A stretch of 64,000 nucleotides of DNA from NCBI GenBank assembly GCA_000708835.1, contig DF237293.1:1-64000 (forward strand). The letters are read 5' to 3'. The first letter of the stretch is position 1, and the number at the start of each line of letters is the position of its first letter. The DNA comes from Klebsormidium nitens. Lineage: Eukaryota; Plantae; Klebsormidiophyceae. Shown here piece after piece: positions 12,014 through 24,389 of the stretch. The position numbers and the translations under genes were made by a program. The notes below the pieces were generated by a model. That model ran no database searches, was not told the DNA's origin, and saw only the letters and a list, made by a program, of their open reading frames with translations.

Positions 12014-14384
12014 ATGACTACTGAAGGCTCCCTGTCGCCGCATGAGCCCGAGACTCTCTCCTTTGGCCCTCTAGTGCTGCAAGCATCGAGGATCTTCCGC
12101 AATCATGTCAGCACTTTGGTGTCCGCCTCCCTAACGCTGATGGCACTCCCTCTGCTGACATCATTCTCAGTCGTTGCTTTTTCGGGGGCCCAAGAGCCTG
12201 GGACCAGTCCCCTTGGACCACCGAAGCTCAGTCCCGCCCTAGTCGTGCTGCTTGTTTTCATTCCGCTGATGTCAGCGGCCGCCACAGTGGCTCTGATCGC
12301 TGTTGTTGTGCATGTGGTTGTTGGGGATCATCTTGGAAGGACAGCTGGCAACGTGTGGTTGGCTGTCAGGCGCAGCTTTTGGCGGCTGGCAGGAACCCTC
12401 TTGGCAAAAGTGTGGGTGCTGTTCCTGCTGCTCACTCTGGACCTCATTGGAGGGTGCGTAATAGTGCTGCTCGTTGCAGGTGAGCAAATAACCTCAGCCG
12501 CAGTTCCTTCCCTGGAAGCTGGCTTTTTCTTCAGGCACTTTTGCCAGCCACTTTAGGACCAGGAAGGTACAGAAAAGAAGCTTGTATTTGAGTTTGTGAC
12601 CTTAAGTAGGCCTTGCTAATTTATACATTGCACTTTTCGCTTAAATCTGAATTTTCTGAAACTTTGTCGAAACTGCTGGCAGGGATATCATGACAGTACC
12701 TTGTGTCTGACTTAAGTAACACTTCGAAGGAACGTGACATGAATTGCGGACTCTTTCGCTACGTGTCCTTCATTACAGTCTGTTCTAGGTTCTTGAGCCT
12801 GATTGAAGATTGACGGCGGCCTGAAACGCTGATTTGAAGACATGTTGAAACCTGTATCCTCAGACAGTTCATGATCGAACTCATCATCCCTTCATGAGAA
12901 CTTTCTTTGAGAGGATGCAGCCCCCTCTTGATCCTATTGACTACAGCGCCACTGTCGACTGCTCTTACTTCTCGTCCTCTATCTTTTTCTATCTTGCCTT
13001 GTAATCGAGCAATTGGGTCACGGCGTCAATTCCGTTTTTCCAATCCAAAGATCATGCCAACTCAAACCGTCAGTCAAGATGACTTGACCTCTTTCTCCGG
13101 GTCTAACAAAAGGTCTGTTTCCCCCCCCTTCCTGCAGCTGGCCACCCAGCCCCCTATCCCATCCTCTACGCCTACATCTTGCTAGTGTTCATCACGACAC
13201 CGACGGTCGTCTTTGTCAGCATGACCCTGAGTCTTGCCGATCATGCAACCGCCATCGAGGGGGCCGGAATCTGGGGTTTCCAAGCCCTTCGCCGCAGCTG
13301 GGCCCTGTCCAAGGGAAACTGGTTGATCATTGTTAGGATGAAAGGCCTGGACTTTGCGACCATGTGGACTCTCGCAGGGCCTCTGGATTCGCTGGCTCTA
13401 AAACTGAGGACTGAGCAGCCTGGCTTGGGCCACGGTTTTGTCTTCGCGGCATACTTGGTGGGTGCGCTTGTGCTGTGCGCGCTGGTCATCTGCCAAAGGT
13501 CCTTTTTCAAGGTGAGCGCCTAAGTTTGCGAGGGACAATAAGTCTATCAACTCGGTCATTGGCACAGGGATCTGGCGGTTAACAATGGTCGTGGAGTTCA
13601 ATGACCCAGACTCGAGCATTTTGAAACGGTTACATCCGGGTTATCGTCCAGATCATAACGAGACCCGAACCTCGTTAGCAACCAAAACTTCCCGACTCGG
13701 AGATCTCACATCTAGCAGAGTCTCTAGTTTGATAGCATCTCGTTTAATAGCATCTCGTTTAATAGAAATGTGCAACAGAATCAACGCTGTCTTCCTAGTG
13801 GTTGCACGACTGATGGGTACCCTTATTTTGTCACAGCGCTTACTGTCCTAGCAGAAAGTGCAACGGGCTTGTACTTATGTCTGAAAGAAACGACGACTGG
13901 TAAAGATTAAGGTCATCTTGTTTCGTCATTCTAGGGCTATGCTTCTCTTTTAAATTGCAAACCTTCGTTGAACGCAAAACAACAGACCTTGTCAACTTCA
14001 AGGTGATCTCTAGTGACAGATGGGTTGGCCGATTCATTGTCGAGAAGCTGGACATTGCCCTGATCCAATGCATTCCTGTAGGAACGAATACCATGGTGAA
14101 AGAGTGTTTTCGTAAATGCGTTAAGAAAGGTAGCAGATGTTTCTCTCAAGTCACGCGTAGAGGGTCATAAACTTGTGGTTCTCCTATCGTTGATTCGAAT
14201 ATCCTCGTCTATTACAGCCCGTCCTTGATCTTATGTGCAGGTCGCGTGGTGCCTCGTTTATCTTTCCGCGCGCAAGAAGGCGGAACCAGAATTCGGACTG
14301 TCCACTCTACTGCAAACCTTCGAAGCGGACTCGTCAAGCCCGGAAGGCTATGCCGGCCTCATGAGCACCTCAAGCGAAGTATAA
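12014..14384 (+). CDS. Uncharacterised plant-type multi-pass membrane protein, 327 aa, 3 exons (12014-12479, 13138-13511, 14241-14384)
   Basis: Frame-consistent GT-AG splicing and several hydrophobic helices. Motifs 'ASRIFRNH', 'AIEG...ALRRSWALSKG' and 'VAWCLVYLSARK' are typical of a widespread uncharacterised plant/bacterial membrane family. Confidence 0.75.
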
Positions 14385-15565
14385 GTAAACAAAGTTGCAA
14401 ATGTACGGGATACGATGGTACCCGCGTTCTGTGTGATTTGGTGGCTTGATCACTATAGTACATCTCTGCATATTTATCGAAGTGATTGTTTCCACTATAA
14501 GTTCACAGGCTGAACTTCAGTACGATCGTATGCTCACAAGACGAATCTGGGTGTTTGGTTGGTCTCAGTACTGAAAGCTGCGGCGGCCGGGCTGCACACG
14601 ACACGTCCGACGGACGGTCTACATTGACGAGGCAGGCACATGGTAGATTACGGTGAATCCTGGGTTCCAACGAGAGTCAGCTCCATGAGATATAATGATC
14701 ATCTCGATCATGGGCGGCTTGCAACCAACTTTGTTTCCATATCCTTTTATACCGCTGATTGCAAGCGATCATTAGAAGATTGAAAATGGCATCACATGCA
14801 GCCTGCCACATGCTTTTCATGCCGCCACGGACTCGATCCGGCGTTAGAGCTGCCGCGCTTGAATTGACGGTTGCCATCTTTCTAGTGCTTTTCAATGACA
14901 CGCCCCATAGATAGGATCCAACTCGATGCAAGGACGTCGGGGTGCTTTGCAGCCGCCAGGATCACGGATTCCGTGGGTCGGCCCGCGCGACGCCCGCAGC
15001 GCAAATCTGAGGCGCACTCGGACATGGTATGGGCCGGCCGCGCTATATATTCAAGCATGGATACCGCTACTGAGCCGCGTAGGCTCAGTCATCACGAATA
15101 ACAGTCGCGGGCTTCAGCTGGCATTGTAGATGGTCACTTTCCTTGCACAATCCGACGATCAAGTGTGACCGTTGAGCTTGCATTTGGGTGGGCTCCCGGC
15201 TGCATTGGCGTTGTCAGGACGACGGTATACGGTACAAGTTCATTGCGACAACGATCAATGAAGCCCCATATGCTTCGGTCCGGGCTTTATAACGTACTGT
15301 AGGGTCGGAGCATATTGCATGCAGCAGTCTGACCCTCGTGGCAAAGTTTGTCGACATTAAACCGCTGCCAGATCTAGATGACGCGCGCGCCGCTGGCGCC
15401 CGTTTTGAGTCAAAGGGTTCAGATGCCAGAGAAGCACAGGCCGCGGGCGGCTGACAGTCACCTCAATAGAAATCACAATAGCACGACCGTCGAATTGCTT
15501 ACAAAACACTTGGAGCCGATGCAGTGTAAGTCATCCAAGTAGCTTATTCGAAGCTTGGTCCCTGC

Positions 15566-18500
15566 TCATTGGTTCATGTCCGTCCTTTCAATCTCTTCTT
15601 TTAGCATGGTTAAAAGCTGTGTGCACCTCTCTACTTTGGTCATTGGCGTGCACATCAAGTATAGCACATTCCCGAGCGCGCGCGAATAGACGCCCCTCTT
15701 TCGAAGCCGCAACACGATGCCCCGACTGACGGGTGACCCATACCCTACGCTCTGCGACCGCAATTCTAACGCGAAGACCGTGCCCAGCGCAACAACGCGC
15801 GTTACTTCTGGCATGCAGGACATTTCTTCGAGCATGTCTGGAGCCCACATTTCTTTCATGACATGAGACGCCGAATCGTAGTTGGGGTTCTTCGAGGGGT
15901 TTGTAAAGAGGTCGAGGGCCGCAACGGCCGCCGCGCATCCGGTGGCGTGTGCAGTGTACGAGTGGCCGTGCAAGAGCGCCTCCAGCTTGTTGTCGCTCAA
16001 GAAGGACTTGAAGACATCCTGTGAGAAGGGAAGAAACTCTCGGTTGGGTTCTATCTTGCCCTGCAGGGAAAGACTGATTCCTAAGGTTTTTTGTTGCATT
16101 TGCGCAGCCGGGGATTGAAGCGGAGTCTCCTGGTTACAGTAGACTGAATCTGAGAGGTAAAGGAAGATATAAGCAGTCTCAAGAGAAGCTCCTACATGCA
16201 TGGAACAGATATGCCCACATTTTCTTGACCACAGCTTTGTAAAACCGAGAATTCAGTCCGTTGCAATCGTGGTCGTAAGCTGACAGGTTCGCCCTCGCCC
16301 ATCCCAAAAGATGTGAGCTAGCACTCTGTCCGAATGCAAGACTTACCAGCAAGCCAGACTCCTACCGCAATGTGTCAGACACGTAGCAGTATGTAGACTT
16401 TCAGGAGAATGTCAGAGAATTTGCAGTAAGCCAAAAGCTTAGCAGTATGTCACAGCTTGCCACGCACCCTCATGCCACGTGACCGCAAACACCCTGTTGC
16501 GCAAATGTGTATCGGCCTCGCGATTATGGAAAAAGCGGGGTACAACTTCACCCAACGATTTCACCGCTTGACTTCGCGTCGAGTGCCCACGTGAGCGGCA
16601 GCACTCATAAGCCGGCTCGCGAGGCCAGCTCCTCCCCCAAAACTGAAAGTGAGAGAACCAGAACCGGCGAACTCAGGAAAGTGTAACTGAGTCCTCAAAC
16701 CAAGCTCGAAACCCGGTTACCCACCTCCGTCGCCAGAGTCACTGCCAGCGGTAACATTCCGCCGGTCAGCAGTTTCGCGTAACAGGCGATGTCGGGAGTG
16801 CAGCCCAGGAGTTCCGCTGCCGTTTCCCGGCCGAGCCGCCAGATTCCGGCGAAGACTTCGTCGAGGATGACCGGAATGCGCGCCTCCTTGCAGTGCTGGA
16901 TGAGCGTGCGCTGGAAGAGGGGGTCGATCAGCTCCATACCGCCCGCCCCGTGGATGACTGGAAGCGAAAAGTGGGGAATCAGTAAGGTGTCTGTGTCGTC
17001 GAGAAGGAAAGGGTGCTTTACGGAAGACTGGTTCGGTGTTGAGTAATTGATGGAAAAGAGGAGGTTCAAAGTTGTGTTGAGCTGCTGAGAAAAAGGAGCT
17101 CCGTGAACGACTGGCTTGCTGTAGACGGAGCCTCGGTCTCCTTTTGTTGTGCGGAGTGGGAAGAATGACGACGGGCTTGCCTGAGTGAATGCGTAGAAAA
17201 TGTCAGCAACCAAAATCTTATATGGACTCGGGAACAAAAACCTGTGTTTCCGGGTCAAAGATCGACCAAGACGGTGAATCGGTACCATGGAGCGAGCCAG
17301 TCTTTTGCATATCAAGCTGTCGCTGGAATGCTCCATCAGCCGTGACAAGCTGGCGAGCAGGACGAATACGTTTAGTGGACCGGCCTTGTTTTAAACTGAA
17401 ATTCTTCTAAAGCGGCACAACATGCCTCGGCAGAATCTTCTAAGTCGACAAGGCGCTGTTTTCTGGAACCGTGGACCTACTGCGCTCGTCTGACAATCCC
17501 TCACCGCTTGACACGTGTCGGGGAGGGAATTTCACGTCAACCATGTCGCATGATATACAAATACAAAAACCACTAAATCAAGCAGATTCTGTTGTGATGA
17601 CGCTGACACCTGAGTTCAGGTCTTGGAAGAAAAGGAGTCGCCCAGGTTACACCAACCGAAACGAAGAGACTTTCCGGTGTTGAATTCACCTGGTTCGAGA
17701 ATAAGCCCCCCCAGCCGCACCGGCCGCTCTCCGCTCCCCCCTCCCTCTTCAAACTCCCGTATCGTCTCCCCAATGTACCGCCGATACGCTTCCGCCTGCT
17801 CTTCCGTCCCCGTTCTCTTGATACTAAACACCTCATCTCGCGTTCCGTACTCCGTAGTGTCAAGCTCAGCCACGTCCCATCGCACTTGCCACCGCCCGCG
17901 AACGAGTTCCACTTTAGGGGGGTCCAAGAAGCAGCCCCGGCCGCGATACCAGGGCTGTTGGAGGGGGGCGGTGTAGGGGGTGGACGCCTGGGCTTCCATG
18001 GCGCCGAGAGTGTCGCCGTGGTAAGAGCCGTTTAGCGCAAGAACCTGAACGTGAAAAATACATAATGTTAGAAGTTGAAGTTACGCTGTTCGCACGTGAA
18101 CTATTCTGGTGTTTGTTTGGGCGTTCATGGCGCCGAGGGTGTTGCGGTTGTAGGAGCCGTTTAGCGCAAGGACCTGGACATGAAAACGGCTTCATTTTCT
18201 TAACCTTCGATAAGGAGTTGAGCTGTTCGCAGCCAAAGGACTTTGGTGTGTGGGTTGCGCTTCCAGGCGCCGAGAGTGTCGCCCTGATAAAAGCCAGTCA
18301 ACGCGAGGACCTGACGTCAGGGACATACAGGATTGATCTGCTGTTATGTTGTACGCTTTGATACCAGAGTTACGTGTTTGAAGCGAAGAAAGATCTGGTG
18401 TAGGGGTGGGGCTTCCATGCCGCCGATAGTGTCGCCGTGGTAAGAGCCGTTTAGCGCAAGGACCTGGACGTGAAAGGGTTATTCGTTTCTGAACCAGAAA

Positions 18501-21500
18501 AGGGGCTTCGATTATGGAGTTACGCTGTTCGCACGTGAAAAAATTTGTGGTGTGTTTGGGCGTTCATGGCGCCGAGAGTGTCGCCATGGTAGGAGCCGAT
18601 CGAAGCGAGCACCTCACGTCAGGGACGGAATTTGGTTGGGGGATATACGGTTCAATATCCACAAATACGTGTTTTAAAGTTCCAGAAACGAACCGGTGTA
18701 GGGGTGGGGCTTCCACGGCCCCAAGAGTGTCGCCATAACAGGAACCGTTCAAGGTGAGAAGCTGGACATGAGAGAAATTGAAATCTCTAAAGCGGAAAAT
18801 GCGCTTCGATTATCGAGTACGCTGTTTGCACCCGAAGGGCTTGGGGGTGTGGGTTGTGCTTCCATGGCGCCGAGAGTGTCGACGTGGAGGAGCCGCTCAA
18901 TGGAAGGTTCTGAAAGAGAAAACATTACGATACTCGGATGAGGGAATCGGGATCCAGAGTCGCGGTTCACGTTCAGGGTTTGTTAGTACTTGATGTGAAA
19001 GTGGCGGGTTAAGTGAAGAAGGCGACGGACTGGGCTTTCATGGCGCCGGGAGTGTCGCCGTGATAGGAGCCGCTAAAGCAACGACCTGGACGTTTATATA
19101 TAGTGGCTCACTTGTGAAGGGGTTCGCGTTATCTTTGAAACCCAAGCTTGCAAATTACATTGGGGTCACGCTGTTTGCACTTTCGGTGTAGGGGTTCGCA
19201 TTCAAGGCGCCTAGAGTGTCACGCGTGGTAGGAGCCTCTCAACGCGAGGACCTGGAAAAACACAATGACTCTGACAATTGCTTCTTGTTTGCGCTTTTTG
19301 ATTGCATCAGCTGGTCGTGCTCGCACCGGATTTAAACTGAAGCATGGTCACAAAAGAGATCCGCGGTGATCGTAGTTTTTATCCAGCTTCGTGTGCCGCT
19401 GTACGATCGGGTGACCGGTCCGCAGACACCTCACATCCCACTTTCAAACCACAAGTCGACTTTTCAACAAGTAGGAGATACAATTCTGCCAGTTGACAGA
19501 AAAGCGGCAACTTACGTAGAGCTCCGGTGCCGGTTTGCTGTTACTCAGCCCGTGGTCTTTGACGAACTTGCGGAAGGCCATCTTGACAGCAATCTCGATC
19601 GCGGTCGAGCCGTTGTCGGAGTAGTAAACTCGGTCGGCCCACCCTGCAAGTCAACAGCAGCTTCCGGTTGGTTTTGTCCGCACGAAGTTGGCATCCAGTC
19701 GCAAGTGGTACTGACGGCGGAGTTTCTGACCACTGCTTTCTGAGACCGAGTTTTTCGACACTGAAAAAGCACAGCCGGCTTCCAGAAGAAAACACGACGA
19801 GTGACACAAGGTTGGGACGCGAAAGGCCCTGCAAAAAGAACGTTTGCTGTCGAACGTCGGCTATTCAGGTCAGACAAAGAAGCACACCGTTCCTCCAACA
19901 GCATGTCTAAATACTCCCTATGGAGCAAGAACGTTCCAGTCCTGAGGCGTCCAAATTGGTCCTACGCTGTCAACCTGCTGCACTTGGCGACTTTGGGCTC
20001 CATAGAAGTGCCGATTTTGTGTCTCTAACGACGCCCGGCCTTCGCTTTCATTTCACGTCATAAACACAGCTAAGAGCGACAAAGCGTGATGACTAGATGG
20101 TTCAAGAAAAACCTCACCTTTCCCGACGCCCGCCAGCAGCTTCTCCGCCAGTCTTAGCGCCGGCTCGTGCACGTTCTCGGGAAACATGACGTGGCCGTAC
20201 CTGCCGGCGGCATATGCCATCGCCCGGGTGATCTCTAGTTGGCCCTCCAAAGTAACCCCCTGCGTCCACCAACTCGCGCACGCGTCGAACGAGGGGTTTA
20301 GGGTCTCAGGGGTTAGGCTTTCGGGGTTAAGCCCTTCCGGGCTTAGGCTATCGGGGTCTGCAGTTTTGGGGGTCGCTAACTCAGCGCTTACTGCTTCAGG
20401 GGTTCCCGAAGAGGGGTTAATGGAAGCAGACTCCGAGGTTTTCGGACCAGTCAAAATGGGGGTTGAGATGTCATAAATTTGACTGCGGGAAACTGCGGAA
20501 CCGGGGTCTGCGCGGCTGTCCCCCAAGGACGTACGCGCTGTTAACCCGAGCTGCGGTTCTGCGAACCCGGTTTTGGACCTTCCGTGCTTTGACTGCATTT
20601 TCTCCGCCTGGTTATCCGATAAGGCGCCGGCATACACGGCGAACTCGTCTCCGCACCGGGAGTCGATCACCGTAACGTCATCCCTGCCGACCAGGCCGTG
20701 CTGGGTGAATGGCCACCAGAGGGCGTCGCTCGCTTTCCCGGCCATCGAGCGGAGGCGCGTCAGCCGCGCCACGTGGGCGCTCTCTAGGGCGTCCAGTAAG
20801 CGTCCGAACGTGTGACGGTTGTCGAACAGCCACGTGTCGATGGTCGGGCCGCCGGCCGCCTCCTGCAGGACACGTGGCAGTGGCTCGTGTTTGATTCGAA
20901 GCTTAGTAGGGCAATCTCCTTGGATAATACGCAATCATTACTAAAAATGGAAGAAAGAAGAATATGAGAAGCTTGTGGACGCGGGAGCATTGAATGGAAA
21001 AACAAGCCTAGTTGTGCGAAGACCTTACTAATGGAAATGTCATCACAATTGTAGCAAAACGTGGATTGGACTCCCTGAGGTACTGTCAGTCATTTAGACG
21101 CTTCCGAGCTGGCATCAAAGGAACGCAAAGAGCCGAGTTCCGTTTAAAGGTATGACAAAATCTCGTGAAAAGCAGGACTAGTGTTTATGGTCACTTTGCT
21201 GCATCCCGAGCGTCCTCTATCGATCCTCAGCGAGAGGTCTGCACAGGAGCTGCACTTTCTCGTTTACCGTTTGGCGACGCCTCCGATAAATTTCGCGCGG
21301 GTTTGGGGCCTTGAAAAAAGACGAGCAGCCAAGATGGAAATTGTTGTTCGAAAAGCGAGGCCGGATGGCAGGCAAACCCTCCTCGCTTTGTCACCGACAG
21401 AGTGCAAAAAACGTGAGCTTTCAAGGAGCCAAGATGTGTTCTCTCAGTTTCGACTTCCAAACAAGCTACCACAGCTGTTTGCGTCAAACTTGCGATCGGG

Positions 21501-24389
21501 TCCCAACTTCTCCGAGCAAACTTCCTGGTCTTGAGCCGTACGATGCCTTCCTTGTCAGCTATCGGACGGTTCAAAATGAGGAACCATGCTCGGAGCATTT
21601 GGATGGCAGGGCTGACGCAGAGAGCTGACCGCCTGTGTGCGGACTTCACAACAAGAGCTCGTCCGAACAGAGTCTCCGCTTGCCAGCTGCCGAAGCTCTT
21701 GAAAACTTGCTTCTACAACTTTGTTCTTTCAAGCTGTTCTCTACTTGTTGAAGACTCGTTCATAAACTTGAACAAGTCCTCTTCCAAGCTTAAGAAAGAG
21801 AAGAAGAAAGAATAAGAACGACGCCCGCTCACCTCTTCCTTGGTCGGTAGGCGCGGGAGCGACACCACCGGCACCTTTCCTTGCAAGTACCGCTCGATCG
21901 CGTCCGCGTTCCCCAGCCCGTGGTCCATTAAAACGACGGCGTCGGTGTCGAAGCCCCGCAAGAGGAGCGACTCGTAGGCGGCGATCGTTGCGGAGATCCC
22001 CCCCAGGCGGCCGTCACCTACGAGCACGCCGGGAAGGCGGAGGGACCTGCAGAGAGAAAGGGGCATAACCATCAATGCTTAAAGAGGGCGTCAGATTTCA
22101 AGGTACGCACGTGCATCTGAGTCCTGAGGGAAGAGTGCATCCCACGGCTCAGATTCCTCCTTGAAGATCGCTTATGGCGAGCAAGCTGGCCCCTGATGCG
22201 GGGCAGTTTGGTCGCTTGAGTTAGGACCGGTCCTGCAACGGCCTCTTTAAGCTTAAAACCGCAAGATTTGCCAATGGGGACCAGAGATGCCCCTTGAACG
22301 GCCGTTTCCGACGAGCACGCGAAGGAGAAAGAGGAGCTTATGAATAAAGAAAGCCCGAAAATGATACTCAAAGTTACATTGAATCCAGGTCTTGACTGGG
22401 TCCTTTACATTAGGCGTCAACTTGAATCCTAGAGAGGAAACCTGCTCTGGCCCCAAAAAGCTATTCTCTCGCGGGAGCGAAGAGGCAGTGCAAACCCTAT
22501 CACAATATCTCCTGAGGGGCGCTTTGAAGCCAAGGAAAGCAAATTAAACCCATTGGCTTGAGGGGGATTTCGTTTGGAGATCGACTCTCTTCCTCGACGC
22601 TCTCTCGATTTTTGACAGCCATCAAAAGTCTGTTGACAATGTGCTCCCAGACATAACAAGGAGTGCCTCCGCCCAGTGCACCGGACTTCCGAATTGCAAA
22701 GGAGACAGCCATTCCACATCCTTCTGCCCTGAACGCTTTGGCTTGACCAGAATGTACTATTGAATTGGTCCAGCTTCTCGGCTGACTGCTATAAGAACCG
22801 ACTTTACTGTAGGGACAGGTCTGCAATTTTTATGGATAATCAAATCCTTTTTGCGCTCTTGTCATCCCTGACTGCTTTTATCACATTTTTTGGGGGTAAA
22901 AGATCCTACTATGAAAGGCTAATTCAACAAACCGCATGGACACGACACAAACAAGATCTGGAGGATTGGTCACCTGAATATGTCGCATTGGAGGTTTCCC
23001 GAAGGCCCCGGGCTTGCGACGCCTCCCGCTGTTTCAATCAGAGTTACCCACTTCCGAAGCATCTCAACTCGTAACCTCTCCTTCACCTGCTGCACCGCAG
23101 TATCAACCACTTCCGAAACTGCCTTCCCCCCCTCATTCACTGCTGTTTCCAACCCCCCCAGTATGCTGGACTGCGTGCCCCCCTCTTGATCTGCTGCTGT
23201 TTCTACCCCCCCGGCCGTGAACGCTGGTTTTACTTTGGAACTTTCCGGTGCTGGCGCTACTTCAGTGACTGAGAAAAGCTGGTGAGACACAGAGGCGCTG
23301 TCGGGAGACGCTCGCTGCGTCTTGCACTCTCTGAGCGCCGTTCGAACAGCCCCAATGACGTCAGCGTCCGGCACCGGGTTGTCTCTTGCAGCGACATGTG
23401 GCGACACTGGAGGCTCCCACTGAAACAATGAAACCGTCACAAGCTTTGGCAGGGGTTGCCCGTGCTTCCATTGGTCGAAAATAGAGGCCACTTTCAGCGC
23501 CCGCGAAGCGTTTTGCCGCACAAACCGGGCGTCGCAGTCTGTGGGGAACCCTGTTTGTACTGGCTTTACGTAGAGAACGCTTAAAGGGTCAGGGCGCTGG
23601 CAGGCGGCCAGAGTGAGGCCGGAGGAAACTATAGTCTTCCCCACATCGGTGTTGGCGCCCCAGACCATGTAGGTGGGAGAATCTAGGCTGAGAGAGCGGG
23701 GGTCAAGGAGCGGAATCTGTTTGTCATGGGGGGGTGGCTCGATAGTGTCTGTAGAAGGGGGGGGCTTGGTGGCGAGGTCTCTGGCCGCCTGAGGAAGGAA
23801 TCCCTGCAAGGAAAGAATAGGATTCGATTGCTAAACTGCATTCTGGAGATCCTCCAGTATACTGGGAAAAGGCCTGTTCAGGTTTCTTCTCAGCACATTC
23901 TATGATTTGTCTGGACCTGCTTGTGTTTAGAGCTGCGCAACCTGACAAACTTCAGAATCTAGATCTGCATTGCAACGCACTGCATTCGATGCATCCACAT
24001 TTCCCTAAATTGGGCTAGAAATACAGAACAATGTTTGGCTGGCAGCAGCTCAAGACTTTCAAAAAGGGCTTTACGACCTGAACCCTCTTTTCTCAATCAT
24101 TCTTTGCTTTAAACCCATTTTTAGTAAGCATTTTGATTGGCTGACATTACTGTACCACCATTAGCATCACGTAATGCACTCAACTCTACTCGGCATTGCT
24201 TTGAGGACAAAAAGACTCTGCTTGCATTCTTTCATCCTTTTAAAAACGCATGCTCTTGATTGGCAAGCTTCTCCGAATCCAGCATTTGAGTGTGAGGCGT
24301 ACCTTGGCAGCCAGCAGCTTCCATTGCATTCCACTGGCAGCATTGCCCTTGAGGACCCCTGCAGGCAGGCGCGACAAAGGGAGCAGCAT
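15566..24389 (-). CDS. BIO3-BIO1: Bifunctional dethiobiotin synthetase / 7,8-diaminopelargonic acid aminotransferase, 1014 aa, 8 exons (24389-24303, 23803-22974, 22046-21833, 20862-20118, 19643-19516, 18044-17690, 16957-16725, 16018-15566)
   Basis: DTBS P-loop GANTDVGKT, KPVQTGFP and IETAGG. Aminotransferase motifs WWPFTQH, FDACASWWTQG, YSDNGSTAIE, GSYHGDTLGAM, ILDEVFAG, DIACYAKLLTGG (PLP lysine) and HGHSYTAH. Exon lengths sum to 3045 nt with all phases consistent. The N-terminus looks like a transit peptide. Confidence 0.95.
18045..19260 (-). repeat. Intronic array of 8 degenerate copies of the exon-6 acceptor plus exon 5' end (129-176 bp period, ~300 bp dimeric higher-order unit)
   Basis: Exon-like starts at 18173, 18310, 18463, 18612, 18761, 18909, 19085 and 19251. 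Each is preceded by AG and resembles GTTCTTGCGCTAAACGGCTCTTACCACGGCGACACTCTCGGCGCCATGGAAGCC, the functional exon start at 18044. Confidence 0.95.

Noticed and set aside
18045-19260. CRISPR-like reading of the repeat/spacer pattern
   Set aside because: The repeats are 55-70 nt, degenerate and derived from the host exon. The spacers are homologous to each other, the context is a eukaryotic intron and there are no cas genes.
20290-20350. Interstitial telomere (TTTAGGG-like) origin of the 15-nt coding repeats
   Set aside because: Only one exact heptamer, and the period is 15 nt rather than 7-8. Leu-Asn-Pro codons explain it.
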